This document shows positions 1 through 13,760 of a stretch of 64,000 bases of DNA, one piece after another. The translations under genes and the position numbers were made by a program. Numbering within the stretch: position 1 is the first letter of the stretch; the number at the start of each line of letters is the position of its first letter. Under the pieces are notes generated by a model. The model was not told where the DNA came from, made no database searches, and saw only the letters and a program-made list of their open reading frames with translations. The stretch spans positions 67,518,001 through 67,582,000 of the forward strand of contig NC_043010.1 in assembly GCF_006345805.1 (NCBI RefSeq), in the 5' to 3' direction. This DNA is from Octopus sinensis. Lineage: Eukaryota.

Positions 1-879
1 GTTATGGTTGGAGAGTATAAAATAGTGTACATCCTTTCAATATTTTGCCAAATCTCTATGAATCTCTGGTATTATATTCCTGGAAATAGTGTCTGAATGA
101 ATCTCTCTCATTCACCTTTTCTTTAGATGTCTGACTTAAGTGTGCTTTCACCTGTATACCATGAAGATATCACAAAGTAAAGGTGCTGATCAACCATCTT
201 AACCTATCAATTCTTAGATTATTCCAGTGCCTAAGAGATGTTTGCTGTTGCTTGTCAAGGGTGGTTGGTGTATGTTGGTCAGAACGTCTTAAGATCCAGT
301 TATATCATTGGAATTCTCGTGATGGTAGAAGTTTCAAATGTAACTCGATCTCTACCGAATCGTAATTGACGAACAACAAGGGGCGGGGGGACATGTGAAA
401 ATATTGTGTTTATCTTTATATAGCAGTGAAACCTGACCCATGAAAAAAAAAAAACAAAAAACAAAAAAAACCACACAGCGAGGAACAAGTTGAGCATGAA
501 ATGTTAATGATTCAAGTTATATGTGAAAGTATTTGATACAGGCAAACCAGATTATTGGAGTAATTTTGACATGTAAACACAAAGGAAGGTATATGTTGAG
601 CAAAGAGGTGTCATGTTATTAGTGGTATGGTGGTATGCTCTGTATGGTTAGATGATCGTGTATACTTTTGTCAGATGGTATTATATACAACAGACTTTCT
701 GCTCTAATAATTTAATTTCAAGCCTTTTTTACAAAGACTAACAATTAGCTGGAGCAGACTGCAAAAGGTTTCAGAAATAAAATGGGGGCAAATGAAACAG
801 AATTATGCAGGTATCTAGACCCATCTAATCTTTGACAGTATCCATAAATATTGTAGGGTCTTGCATATGTAATCTAGTT

Positions 880-1310
880 ACCGTCTCCAGTATGCTGTGC
901 GTGAGAAGACCCGGCAGGACAAGTGAGACCATAACCCATGGCCTCAGTCCACTTATGCATGCCTTTCCTTCTTGGGCCACAAAACTCTACTTGTGAAGAC
1001 CTGTTGAGGCAAGTGAAAATCAAAAATCAAAATCAAAATCGTTCAACATCAATGGAAATTGTAGCTGTGATACCAGTGCCGGTGGCACATAAGAGAACCA
1101 TCCGATCGTGGCCGTTTGCCAGCCTCGTCTGGCAACTGTGCCGGTGGCACGTAAAAAGCACCCACTACACTCATGGAGTGGTTGGCGTTAGGAAGGGCAT
1201 CCAGCCGTAGATCAGACTGGGCCTGGTGCAGCCTTCTGGCTTCCCAGACCCTAGTTGCACCGTCCAACCCATACCAGCATGGAAAGCGGATGCTAAACTA
1301 TGATGATGAT
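880..1310 (+). mobile_element. SINE (family carrying TAGGAAGGGCATCCAGCCGTAG and a CCAGCATGGAAA..GATGATGAT tail)
   Basis: Same family recurs in reverse orientation at about 5250-5505, 7030-7290, 13100-13430 and 14425-14790. Confidence 0.75.
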
Positions 1311-2273
1311 GAGTATCGTTTGTCTCAAGAGTTTTGTTTAAAATCTAACAAGGAACATAAATTTACCAAGACCAGTTGACTGAAATTGTTTTTAGACAAA
1401 AAGATCAGTGTTTGTGGGTGTGAATCTGGTCTGTAAAGCCAACTAGGGAAAGTAAGACCGGTTTCAGTCTTATTAAACCTTCTCAGTGAACCATATTCTC
1501 CACACTCTACAAGACAAAGCACCCTCAGAAATTAGTTGCATGCATAACCCTAAGGTGATCAACTACACATTTCGTATGTTTCACCTAAGTGTATTACTGC
1601 ATTGACCATTGGTCACAATGTACTCCCTTGCATTGTTGTAGCTTTCAAATGATGCCACTCCTCCTGGCTAAAGGCAAGCAGGCCAACATTCCCTCTGCAT
1701 AACCATTTTACAGCTGAGTGGACTGGAGCAACATTATTAAATGAAGCATTTTTGGTCTGAGAACTGAAACCATGATCTTGTGGTTGAAAGTACAACACCC
1801 TAACCACTAGGCCACTAATTTATGTAGAGAACACCCCTTGGCCATACTGTTACTATCCATGATTAGCAACATTGTTTCGACTGATTTTTACATGTATTGA
1901 TCACTCTTTGTCTTGCCAAAATTTAAATTGATTGGAAATGGAGTCAGCTTCTTCGTTTGTTCCTAGATTTTAAATACTCCTGTGAACAGGGAGTTTGTGT
2001 CTACTAATTGTATGGATATTCTCAAAGTTGATCAGTTTTTCCACTCTCTCTATATTATGTATCTTCTACTTGTTTCAGTCATTGGATTGCAGCCATGCTG
2101 GGGCACTACCTTCAAAGGTTAAGTTGAATAAATTGACCCCAGTACTTTATTTTTGTATATATATATATATTTTAAAGCCTGGTGCTTATCTGTTGGTGTC
2201 TTTTGCTGAACTGCTAAGTGACTGACTGGTTATTCAAGTAGTGGGGAACAAACACAAAAACCACATGTGTGTG

Positions 2274-2313
<40 letters not shown>

Positions 2314-4539
2314 GAGCCTTCACACAATTTCCATTTACTAAATTCTCTCACAAGGCATTGGGTTGCCCTGGGGCTGTAAGTAGACACTTGCCCAAGGTGC
2401 TGTGCAGTAGGACTGAACCCCTAACCACATGGTGTTGCAAAGCAAGCTTCTTAACCACACAGCCATGCCTGCACCTATGTCAAACCTCACCCCATTTGTA
2501 TGTAATATGCAAAACACTCCTAAGAGGTTTTTCCCAACTTCATGTTGTCCATGTATGAATAAAGACTGTTAATTAATGAACATTGTTGATTTATGAACAG
2601 AGGCTGTTAATTAATGTTGTGGTACCTAGTTTGACATTCTCTCCACCTGTGAAAAGTCACTTTTTGCTGTCACTTTATATGGTCTTACTGGAACTAGACA
2701 GTTTCTTTTAATGACAATTGCTATGGCAATCAATGACAGCTGATGTGATATCGTCTTGTTCTATTTTAAACAGTGTGCAACTGTCAGGTGCAGCTGCATA
2801 TTCTTTGCATACGTCAACTAAGCTGACGTATGCAAGGAACATACGATCTGCCGTTGACCTCTGTAAACATAATGACAGTTGCTTGTCACGTAGAGAGAGA
2901 GAGTAGAGAAAATATTTAAACTTGAGGGGCGATTATAGGAAATATTTAAACACAGATTAACTTGCTGAAGAGTTTCTTTTTTAAACTCGGATTGGACAAA
3001 GTTGTTGAACAAACACCTGTGATGTGGCTGAACATAGCAGTGAAAGCAAAAACAAATTCCTCAAGATTTATACCAAACAAGGTGGTCGTTACACTTTCTC
3101 TCGAGTATTTAAGAATCTAGTCATGGATATTAGATTAAAAAGAAAAGCCAGATTGTACATAGAAACCGTGACAAATTTGTGTTAGCATTGGTGAGTGCAT
3201 TAATTGTCATTGAAAGGTGACATTAGCAGCCTGAGGTTGTGCTGAGTGTAGGGATTAGTTGAATAGGATAGTTTTGAATTTGTCATCTCTGCAAATTAAC
3301 AAAACCAGTTTTATTCACCTGGACTGAATGAACTATCATCATCATCGTTGTCTTCATTTTTTACGTCTGTTTTTCTATATCTGCTTGAGTCGGGCAAGTT
3401 TTGTTTCAACCGTAACATCTTGCCACTTGATGCAGTCTGGCCTCTTCACCGCTTCTTCCCATGTCTTTGCTAGTAAGGTCACAAAGTAACTCACAAGACC
3501 CCTCAAATGAGAGGAGAATTGAGGGAGCTAGATTTGTGCCAGGTGAGTTACTTTGTGACCTTACTAGCAACAGTGCCATGTAAAAAGCACCCAGCACACT
3601 CTGTAAAGTGGCTGGTGTTAGGAAGAACATCCAGCCATAGAAACCATGGAGCTTGAGTGCAGTCATCTGGTTCACCAGCTTCTGTTAAACTGCCCAACCC
3701 ATGCCAGCATAGAAAATGATGATGATAATGACATTTGAACTGGTGTTCTCATTTAGGCTGTTACTGTCCCATATTTCAGTTGTCATATTCTTTTGCCTTC
3801 TTTGGGCGTCTGTCATATTCAATAATGTTTTCAGAATTTGGAACGAACCTTTTAATTTCATAATGAGGACACTTGTCTTCATTATATCAGTCTATAGTAA
3901 ATTAATGACAAAAATTTCTCTTCTCAGAAATTCAAACAAAATAGTTTTTGTTTTTCTGTTGGAATGTGAAAACTTGACAATTGTTACAAATTAAATGGCT
4001 TTACATTAATCTACTAAAATTTAACTAACCTTTTTGTTTTATAGTTACCATTGTAATTAATGCTGTTATGCAGTGTGAGACTACTCTGTTATAATATACA
4101 TTGTATCCAAATTTTTGTGTCATTTGTGTATGCATAGCTGTATGGCTTGCTTTTCAGCCACACAGTTCCAAGTTCAGTCCTGTGTGGCACCTTGGCCGAC
4201 CTAAGCTGTGAGAGTGGATTTGCTGGACAGAAACTGAAAGGAGGGATGTGTATGCATGTTTGTGTGTCTGTGTGTCCTTGTTTAGACATCATGTGATAGT
4301 TGTGAGTGTCATTGCCATACAAGTGAGGGTGTGTGTTTCCAATCTGCTGTAAAAACCACGTTTGGTCATGGGGCCTTATTTACCTTTGCTTGGAAACAGG
4401 TGAGGGTTGGTGACAGGAAGGGCATCCGGCTGTAGAAAATCTGACTCAAAACAATTCTGCCTGACCCATGCAAGCATAAGAAAGCAAACACTAAATGATG
4501 CATGTGTAAAGGGGTTTTTTTAAGCATACAATTGGCTTG

Positions 4540-4785
4540 CTATACCTATTCCTTTACTACCCACAAGGGGCTAAACATAGAGGGGACAAACAAGGGCAGA
4601 CAAATGGATTAAGTCGATTACATCGACCCCAGTGCGTAACTGGTGCTTAATTTATCGACCCCGAAAGGATGAAAGGCAAAGTCGACCTCAGTAGAATTTG
4701 AACTCAGAACGCCACGGCGGACGAAATACCACAAAGCATTTCACCCGGCGTGCTAACGTTTCTGCCAGCTCACCACCTTCTTGGC
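4540..4785 (-). mobile_element. tRNA-derived SINE (GGCGGCGAGCTGGCAGAAACGTTAGCAC head family)
   Basis: Same sequence recurs at 5518, 17900, 20995, 26065 and 46835; Pol III A/B-box-like head. Confidence 0.8.
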
Positions 4786-4873
4786 TTGCTATACCATTAA
4801 CTCTCTTCTTACTTATAATCCTTCTTCGTTCTCTGTTTACTCACTAAAGATTTAATTTCTTTTGTCATTTCAG

Positions 4874-4999
4874 GCTGGCTATGTGGTTCCAGTGCCCTCT
4901 TTATGGAGTCATTAACAGAAGAACAAGTTGCTAAAGACTGTGCAAAAGTTCTGGCAAGTTCCTTCAAAACCCAAACATTCCATTGCCCAAAGTCATTCG
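4874..4999 (+). CDS. SMOX: Spermine/polyamine oxidase-like gene, internal exon (contains a 1-nt frameshift near 4951-4957)
   Basis: Polypyrimidine-CAG acceptor ends at 4873 and a GTATGT donor starts at 5000. Translates as (G)WLCGSSALFMESLTEEQVAKDCAKVL, then after a one-base frame change KFLQNPNIPLPKVIR. This matches the SMOX segment GWICGEEALVME...FTGNPNIPKPRRILR as I recall it. SMOX versus PAOX orthology cannot be resolved from this fragment. Confidence 0.85.
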
Positions 5000-5249
5000 G
5001 TATGTAGACGCATTTCCTTACATCTGAATGTGTGTTGCATGTAATAAAATAGTGGGATTGCTTAAAGGATAGGCTATTTTTATTTCCTACTTTTTAATTT
5101 GTTTTTCTAACTTAATATTTAAATTAATACCAAATAAGATATAGCTCCAATGGGAAGTCAGCCACAAGAAGATTCAACTTTGAAATGAGTGTCATTGCCA
5201 TACAAGTGAGGTTGTGCATTTTCAGTCTGCTGTAAAAACCACGTTTGGT

Positions 5250-5505
5250 CATCATCATCGTTTAATGTCCGTTTTCCGTGCTAGCACGGGTTGGACAGTT
5301 CGACCAGGGTCTGGGAAGCCAGGTGGCTGCACCAGGCTCCAGTCTGATCTGGCAATGTTTCTACAGCTGGATGACCTTCCTAATGCCAACTGCTCCATGA
5401 ATGTAGTGGGTGCTTTTTATTTGCCACCGGTACAGGTGCCAGGGAAGGCTGGCAGCGGCCACGACTGGTTGGTGCTTTTTACGTGCCACCGGCATCACCT
5501 TTACT
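5250..5505 (-). mobile_element. SINE, GGATGCCCTTCC family
   Basis: Reverse copy of the 880-1310 family with a (CAT)n tail. Confidence 0.75.
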
Positions 5506-6421
5506 TGGAAACGGGTGAGGCGGTGAGCTGGCAGAAACGTTAGCACACCAGGCTAAATGCTTAAGGGTATTTCGTCTGCTGTTACGTTCTGAGTTCAAAT
5601 TCCGCCGAGGTCGACTTTGCCTTTCATCCTTTCGGGGTCGATTAAATCTGTTTGTCTGTCCATGTTTGCTCCCTCTGTGTGTAGCCCCTTGTGGGCAATA
5701 AAGAAATAAAATTCAACTTTGAAACTCAAACCAAGGACTTCAGCAAAGCCCTCTGCCAACATGTCTGCGCTTCTGCATGTTTTACTGAAGTTGTGATGGC
5801 ACATGACTTAATGGTTAGAGTATTCAGCACACAGTCATGGGTTCAATTCCTGGTGGCACATTGTATCCCTGAACAAGACCTTTTATTTCATGTTCCTCCA
5901 GTCCATGCGTCTGGATCCAGGTATGCAAAGTTAGTAAACTTTGAGCAGTCCATAGAAGGTTTAAAAAAAAACAACTTTCAGGAACAATGGTGGTTTGTTG
6001 ATGTAGAAGCTTGTAAGCTTTTCCCATATTGATATTTGATAAACTGGAAAATGTTATTTTATAGTTTATGGTTAGCAACTACGGTTGCTATGTATACAAC
6101 CGTATATGTCACCTGGATTTTGCCTGCTCTATTCCCTAAATTTGATTTTATATATATATATATATATATAAGAAAAAAACCACCTTTTATCAATTCAAAA
6201 TGAACAATTAAATTACACCATCTAGAAAATTACATATAACACGTGTTGTTAGTCTACCAAATATATATGTTTTTATTATATTTTGTGAAATTTTATTTAG
6301 TATTTCTGAATTGAATTTTTCCCTGTTAGTTAGGAATAACATTCCCTCAAATAATTATTACATATATGCACACACCATATGCTAGCTTTACTGAATGGTT
6401 TTTTTATTTTTTCTGTTTCAG

Positions 6422-6539
6422 TACAAGATGGGGCAACAATCCATACACTCGTGGTTCCTATAGCTACATCCATATCCATTCACACATCGAAGATATCTAC
6501 ACCTTACAGGAACCATTGCAAAGCCTGCACAGTAACAGT
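6422..6539 (+). CDS. SMOX: Spermine/polyamine oxidase-like gene, penultimate coding exon
   Basis: TTTCAG acceptor and GTAAGT donor at 6540. Encodes (R)TRWGNNPYTRGSYSYIHIHSHIEDIYTLQEPLQSLHSNS, containing the W-x-x-x-P-Y-x-R-G-S-Y-S motif of flavin amine oxidases. The phase joins CG|T (Arg) with the upstream exon. Confidence 0.92.
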
Positions 6540-6958
6540 GTAAGTTTTAATACCTCTATCCATAATATTTACCTGAGCTAGTGCAGCTAACGAGGTCGTT
6601 CATTTGGAAATGACTGTAGCAAACAAAAGAAAAAAACAAATGGAAATAATTAAAAACACAAAAAAAGCTGCTCACTACATAACCTGCACAAACTGCCTAC
6701 TAGTTTCCAATAATTTTTGTCATTTTATGCAAAAATTATTGGTGTTTAAGCCGGCCATATCCGGCCCAAATATCCTACATGTTTTACATTCAAACTGGCC
6801 ATATCTAGCCCCTCACACCTAACCTACATTGACATTCTAAGAATAAACTATCACACCATTGAAACTTCAAAGCTGTAAGATAATGTATGATTAATTGAAA
6901 ATAATTTGAGTGAAAAAAAAGTATTACATTTAACAGAGTAATCTGAACATCATCATCC

Positions 6959-6995
<37 letters not shown>

Positions 6996-7029
6996 TATCA
7001 TCATCATCATCATCATCATTATCATCATC

Positions 7030-7290
7030 ATCATCGTTTAACGTCCGTTCTCCATGCTGGCATGGGTTGGACGGTTCGACCGGGGATCTGGGAAGCCAGA
7101 AGGCTGCACCAGGCTCCAGTCTTATCTGGCAATGTTTCTACAGCTGGACGCCAACCACTCCGTGAGTGTAGTGGGTGCTTTTTACGTGCCACCGGCACAG
7201 GTGCCAGGCGAGGCTGGCAACGACCACGTTCGGATTGGTGTATTTTACGTGCCACCGGCATGGAAGCCAGTCGAGGCGGCGCTGGCATCG
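7030..7290 (-). mobile_element. SINE, GGATGCCCTTCC family, with a long (CAT)n tail from about 6950
   Basis: High similarity to the copies at 5250, 13100 and 14425. Confidence 0.75.
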
Positions 7291-7422
7291 GCCAACCCGG
7301 GTCAGCTCTGATTAGGCAGACCTTTGATTAAAATGCATTATTGCCCCGACCATCTTAAATGTTTTGTGAGTATGTAGGTTACATTATCTAATTGCTTTAT
7401 TATTATTATTATTATTATTTAA

Positions 7423-7593
7423 CCTTTTAGCATTTAAACTGTCTGTATTTGGCCCAGATATTCTACCCCTGTTCAAACCAGCCATATCTGGCTTCTCATA
7501 CCTACTCTACAATGTCAGTCTATAATTAAACAACTACTTGTTGAAATCTTGAAGTTATGAAATAATGCACAATTCTTTTAGAATGCTAAAGAG
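7423..7593. mobile_element. TTAA-flanked piggyBac-like MITE, followed by a second truncated copy from 7598
   Basis: TTAA|CCTTTTAGCATT ... AATGCTAAAGAG|TTAA. Related copies at about 6740-6945, 11008-11227 and 13986-14175. Confidence 0.7.
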
Positions 7594-7869
7594 TTAACCC
7601 TTTTGCATTGAAGCCAGCCATATCGGGCCCAAATATTCTACCTGTTTTATGTTCTTCAGAGTGGCTAGATCCAGCCTCTTGCACCTATCCCACAATGTAA
7701 TTCTAAAAATAAACAATCACAGCATCGAAATCTTGAAGCTACGAGGATTTGGTTGATCCAAGGCTATAGTAGAAAGACACTTTCCCAAGGTGTCACACAG
7801 TGGGTCTGAACTAGGAACCATATGGTTGGGAAGCAAGCTTCTTAACTACACAGCCACATCTGCACTCTG

Positions 7870-7955
<86 letters not shown>

Positions 7956-8317
7956 GTGTGTTGTCATTGGACTCTGCTGGGGCACTATCTTGAAGGGTTT
8001 AATTAAATAAATCAATTACAGTACTTGTTTTTGAACCTGTTATTTTGGCAGGCTGTTATCAGAACATAAACAAACCAACACAGGCTGTCAAACAGTGGGT
8101 TGGTGGGAGACGCACACACACACACTACTGGCTTCCACAACCAAATTCATTCACAAGGCATTGGTCAGCCCAGGGCTATAGTAGAAGGCACTTGTTCTAG
8201 GTGCCAGACAGTGGGATTGAAGCCAAAACTATATGGGTTGCAAAGCAGTCTTTCTAACCACTCAGCCATCCCTGTCCCTTTTATATATCTTCTTGCTTGA
8301 ACTGTTCTAGTGTGTAA

Positions 8318-8557
<240 letters not shown>

Positions 8558-9204
8558 TAGTGATTGCTTCTTCTCTCTCTCTCTCTGAGATTTTTTTTTT
8601 TCCATTTTTTTTTTCCTGTTGTCACCAGCTGGGTTGGGTAGACCTCCATTTATAAAAGGTGACAATCAGCAAAGAAGGGAAAGGAAGTCTCCAAGGGGTT
8701 GGAGCAAGGACGGGACAAGACAAAACAAGACAGAATAAGACGGGACAGGGCAGTGAAACGAAAAGCAACGGAGGAACAGAGGAGCAAGTGGAATTTAAAT
8801 TCTCCGATTAATGTTGCCTCGTGTATTGTTCATTCTGACATACAGACTGCCTGAACGTGTCCTCAGATCAGGGTCCTTCTGTCTGTTTGTATAGAATGAG
8901 TTTCCCTCTATGACTGCAATAATTTTTTTTTTTGCAAGTATAGAAGCAGTAATTTTTTTTTTTTTTGGTGTGCCTATAGATGCCATGTCTACAACTTAGT
9001 TCACACGTGACTAGGTGTATATGAATTATTATACTGCAAGGGAGATTGTTTTCCACTTACCTATAATTTAACTGGTCGAGATCATTGATAGGTTATTGAA
9101 TGTCTGTATGCATCTGTTGTGATTAGCTCTCAGGTGCGTTTAGGTAATTAGGTACAATTAAAATACGCAGGTATCTATATTCATAAGTGTGTGCATGTGT
9201 ATAC

Positions 9205-9210
9205 AATAAA
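9205..9210 (+). terminator. Candidate polyadenylation signal for the oxidase gene
   Basis: AATAAA about 650 nt after the stop codon; supported by position only. Confidence 0.3.
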
Positions 9211-9831
9211 ACATTTCTCATGGATAGTGACTCATAGCTGCATTTTTTTTTTAAATTTTAAATACTGATTCTTAGACGTTTTGTTTCAACACTCAAGTTT
9301 ATTATATGCTAATATTTCAACCAACAAACTCCTGTACAGATGCCGATGAGGGAGTCACCACAACTACACTTTATGTGTTAGGTATAGCATTTAAATCTCC
9401 CTTATATATATCCTGTCCTGAAAGGGAACGGAGACGCGTTGGATAATGTAGTTCTAGATGTACAGGATAGTCATAGCTGTAAAATGCCTTTGATCTGAGA
9501 TTTGATCACTTAGGACAGGCCCGGGGTTTAACACAACTGTGTATGTGTGTGTGTATTTCTATACTTAACTGATAGGGACTTTGCGGGGACACAATGAGAG
9601 AAACGAGTGCTGGATGACTTTTTCTCGTGTCTTCCCTTTGTCTTAAAGTATCCACAAACATATTCTTCGATCAATTCTAGCTTAATTGTATGTGTATATA
9701 CATATAAATATATGTGTATATACATATAAATATATGTGTATATATATGTAAATATTTTCTGTATTTATCTAAAAAACAAAATATATATATATTCTTGTAG
9801 ATTTGCATGCTACATTTCTACATAGTCAGAA

Positions 9832-9869
<38 letters not shown>

Positions 9870-11007
9870 ATGTCTGTATGTATGTGTGTGTGTGTGCATC
9901 CACTTGTATATGTTGAAGCATATCTACATTATAATGACTGCATGTGCAGTCATAAATACAGCTGCATGTCTAAATGTGCACATTTCATTTACATTTTGAA
10001 AGCTGTGTGTGTGTGTATGTATGTGTGTGAGTGCTGCTGTTCAGCACATTCGTTGGGTCTCAAGCTTAAAGCACTTGTAGGCTGTATGCATATATCTCTC
10101 TCGTGTGTTTTTACAAAATATATGTATATATATATAAAAAAATTGGGTGCATTTTTATTATTTAAAATGTCAAAGATGTAACATCCTCAACTTTTTTCTT
10201 TCTTTCTTTCTTTTTTTTTCTTTTTTTTTTTTTTTTTGAAATATATAATTTCCTTCGTTAAAGATCCTCATCACCACAAATTTCCTTTCCTCTTTTCTTG
10301 TTAGAATTAAGGCCAAAAATGTACAGGTGTAACATGGCTTAGTAATTACAATAATACTAGGTTTCCCCACTTGTGGCTGTTGAGTTCATATCTAACTTTA
10401 CATGTGTGGGCCCTTTTGGTTTTTGTTTTGTTGATTTTTTTTTTTCCCCTTCTACCCCTTAAGGCAAGATTTTTCACTCTGGTCAGCTTACAAAATAAAT
10501 GCCCAGGCTGATTGAAATTATTTATTACTAATAGAAAAGCAGTGATGGAGTTGCAGAAACCTTGATGCCAAATGTAAAAATACCTTGTGCTATTTTGGTT
10601 CCATCCTTCCCACATTCTGTGCTCGAATCCAGCTGAGATCAACTTTGCCTTTTTATCCTTCTGGGGTGTTCAACAGAACAAAGTACCAGTCAATCGATTT
10701 CTAGGGTGGGGAGAATCAATACAATAAAGCACCAGTCAGTCACCTGTTCCTGCTCCTCAAAAATTTTTTTTTTTTTTGCCAGTGTAAGAAATTGTTAATA
10801 TTAATCAGTTAGAAACAATGCTAGGAGACAGGTGCAATGAGTAGTGATATATATACACATACACACATACAAGTATTAAATATGTATGTATACAAATAAG
10901 GTAAAAATAGAATGACTAGTTATAGTAGGTGAGTGTGAGGTAGTGGACTTGCTTCCACCTGCTGGTTTAAATGCCTCGTACATACATGGTCATTGTGCTG
11001 GCTTTAA

Positions 11008-11227
11008 CCCTTTGGCACTTAAACTGGCCATATCTGCCCCAAATATTGTGTGTTTTGTGTTCAAACTGGCTGGATCCAGCCTCTCACACCTACTCAATAA
11101 TGTCATCCTGAAAATAAGCAGTCACATCATTGAAATCTTGAAGCTTCGAGAATAATACAGCGATTAGTTCAAAGCGATGTAAATATATAAACATTAGATT
11201 GCAAAGAGCCCTCAGAGTGTTGATGGG
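11008..11227. mobile_element. TTAA-flanked piggyBac-like MITE
   Basis: TTAA|CCC ... GGG|TTAA termini; body shared with the 7423 copy. Confidence 0.7.
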
Positions 11228-12445
11228 TTAAATTTAAACCAGTTGTGAATCTGGGTGTCTAACCTTGCACGTTTACATCACATGATGGTTAATATACCCT
11301 GGTTTTAATCAGGGTGGCGTTTGTCCACATGACACTTGATAAACTTCCTTTGTGTATGTATGTATGTGAATACATAACAATGTGGGTATAAATGCCTACA
11401 GAAGGAAGGGTATTTGATATATTAGGACTTTATTTATTCATCCAAAAGTTAACCCTCATTGCAACTTAGAATCCCACAGGCTCGGGTGTATGTACATATA
11501 TACATTGAGAGATTCATTTGAAGCTGATGGTTCACTCCATTGCTTCTTAATTTCTTGCAATGTGTGTGTGGTGGCATTTGGAAGGTAATCTAGCCATAGA
11601 AACCATACCAAAACCGACCTGTAGCCTGGACAGTACTTCTGCTGGACATCTCCTGTCAACCTGCCAACTCATACCAGCATGGAAAACAGACATTAAATGA
11701 TATATATGTCTCCAAATGTGCGTGCCTAAATTTAAAACAAATTTTGTTTTACCAGACTTAGAACTGTTCCCCACCACTTCCCACTTTTCCGCATCAGCTG
11801 GTTTTCATCCTAATGCAACAATCTGGAGCTAATTTGACTCTCTCCACGCTGCCCACCTCCCTCCATCCTTCCCAATGATTTGAACTAGGCTAAAAATAAA
11901 AGGCTTGTATATAGGGGTGTGTGTGTGGTGGTCTTTCTGTCTCATCACCTCCACCACCACCCTCTCTCTCTCTCTCTCTTTCTCTTCTATTTCTTTAGCA
12001 ATGTGATGAGTGAGTGTAAAGCATTATGTCAGAAGACCTAAAGGACCTTGAAGTGTTTGGTTCCATCTCGACATTTCTAAGTCCAGATCTCACAGCAGAC
12101 ACCTTTTGTCTCTCTTCCTTCTGGAGTCAGTAAAGTAAACCTCAGTAAATTGGTCCTGCTCTTAAAGTAACGAAAATTATATGTATCAGTCAATATCTTT
12201 CCACCAGTGTTTGGCTTTGTGCCTTATTATTATTATTTTTATTATTAAGGTGGTAAACTTGTCTGAACCATTAGAACACCAGACAAAATGCTTAGCATTT
12301 CTTCCAGATATGTGTGGAGTTGAAATTCCAACGAGTCTGACTTTGCCTTTTGTCCTTTTGGGAGTTGATGAATATTGGGGTCGATGTAATCTACTTGCAT
12401 CTCTCACTAAAATTGATGGTCCTGTGCCAAAATTTGAAATCATTG

Positions 12446-12480
<35 letters not shown>

Positions 12481-13018
12481 GGTAGTGAGCTGTCAGAATT
12501 GTTAGCATGATGGACAAACCGCTTAAGTAGCATTTCGTCTGATTTACATTCTGGGTTCAAGTTCTCTTGAGGTCAACTTTACTTTTCATCTGGTCAGAGT
12601 TGATGAAATGAGTGCCAGTTAAGCAACGGAGTTGATGTTACTGACCATCAAATTTCAGGCCTTGTGTCCATAATAGAAAGCATTATTGTCAGGTTGGTGG
12701 ATTGACAGAACCATTGGAGCATCAGACAGAATATCTTGTTATATTTCATTCAGTTCTTTGTATTGATTTCAGATTCTGCTATGACCAATTTTGCCTTTCG
12801 TCCTTTCAGAATTAATGAAATCAAATTCCTGGGTCAACTTAATTGTTGGTCTTGTGCCTACAAAATTAGAAGCAGTTATTAGGGCAATGGTCAGCTCTGG
12901 GATTATAGTAGAAGACACTTGCCCCTGGGTATCACAAAGCTATTTATGCACACGAATACACATGTAGACACATACTTGATCTGAGATCTTGTATCATTAA
13001 AGAGATAATAGCCTTTTT

Positions 13019-13081
<63 letters not shown>

Positions 13082-13099
13082 CGTCGTCGTCGTCGTCGT

Positions 13100-13430
13100 C
13101 GTCGTCGTTTAGCGTCCGTTTTCCATGCTAGCATGGGTTGGACAGTTCTACTGGGGTCTGTGAAGCCAGAAGGCTTCATCAGGCCCAGTCAAATCTGGCA
13201 GTGTTTCTACGGCTGGATGCCCTTCCTAACGCCAACCACTCCGTGAGTGTAGTGGGTGCTTTTTACGTGCCACCCGCACAGGTGCCAGACAGAGCTGGCA
13301 AACGGCCACGAACGGATGGTGCTTTTTATGTGCCACCGGCACGAGGGCCAGGCGAGGCTGGCAATGGACATGAACGGATGGTGCTTTTTACGTGCCACCG
13401 GTACGAGGCCAGTCGGGGCGGCACTGGCAT
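13100..13430 (-). mobile_element. SINE, GGATGCCCTTCC family, with internal tandem repeats (GGTGCTTTTTACGTGCCACCGGCAC core)
   Basis: Family similarity; the internal unit varies in copy number between copies. Confidence 0.75.
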
Positions 13431-13760
13431 CTATATATATATATATCACTATAGACCCTCTTGTTTTCTTTTTTCATTATATTTTCAATCTTCTGTGAAA
13501 GCATGTGGCCTGGCAGTTATGGTGTTGCACTCCTGATTGTAAGCTCGTGGTGTCAATCAGATGTCCGTGTTCTTGAGCAAAGTATTTCATTTCATGCTGC
13601 TCCAGCTTACTCTGCTGTAATACGAGTCCTAGCAACACCTGGGCAGTTGACCCAATAAAGGACCAACATCCCATTCACAGGTGTGTTATAATTTCTTCCA
13701 TTTGCTCTGGAAACTAGGGGTCTCTATCCTTACAAGTCCTAGAGCTCATGTCAGATTTAA

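Noticed and set aside
1-400. Possible upstream oxidase exon or LINE remnant
   Set aside because: No frame matches the expected upstream oxidase motifs. The minus strand has a stop-interrupted frame vaguely like a LINE C-terminus, too weak to call.
3180-3196. GTGAGT donor as the end of the preceding oxidase exon
   Set aside because: The required phase-1 frame has a TGA a few codons upstream and shows no homology.
9325-9470. Hammerhead-like CCGATGA with a GGGAG/CTCCC stem
   Set aside because: GAAAC does not follow stem II (about 27 extra nt, then GAGAC), and stem I does not pair next to the core.
12000-12170. C/D snoRNA suggested by GTGATGA
   Set aside because: No D box (CTGA) or terminal stem at a suitable distance.
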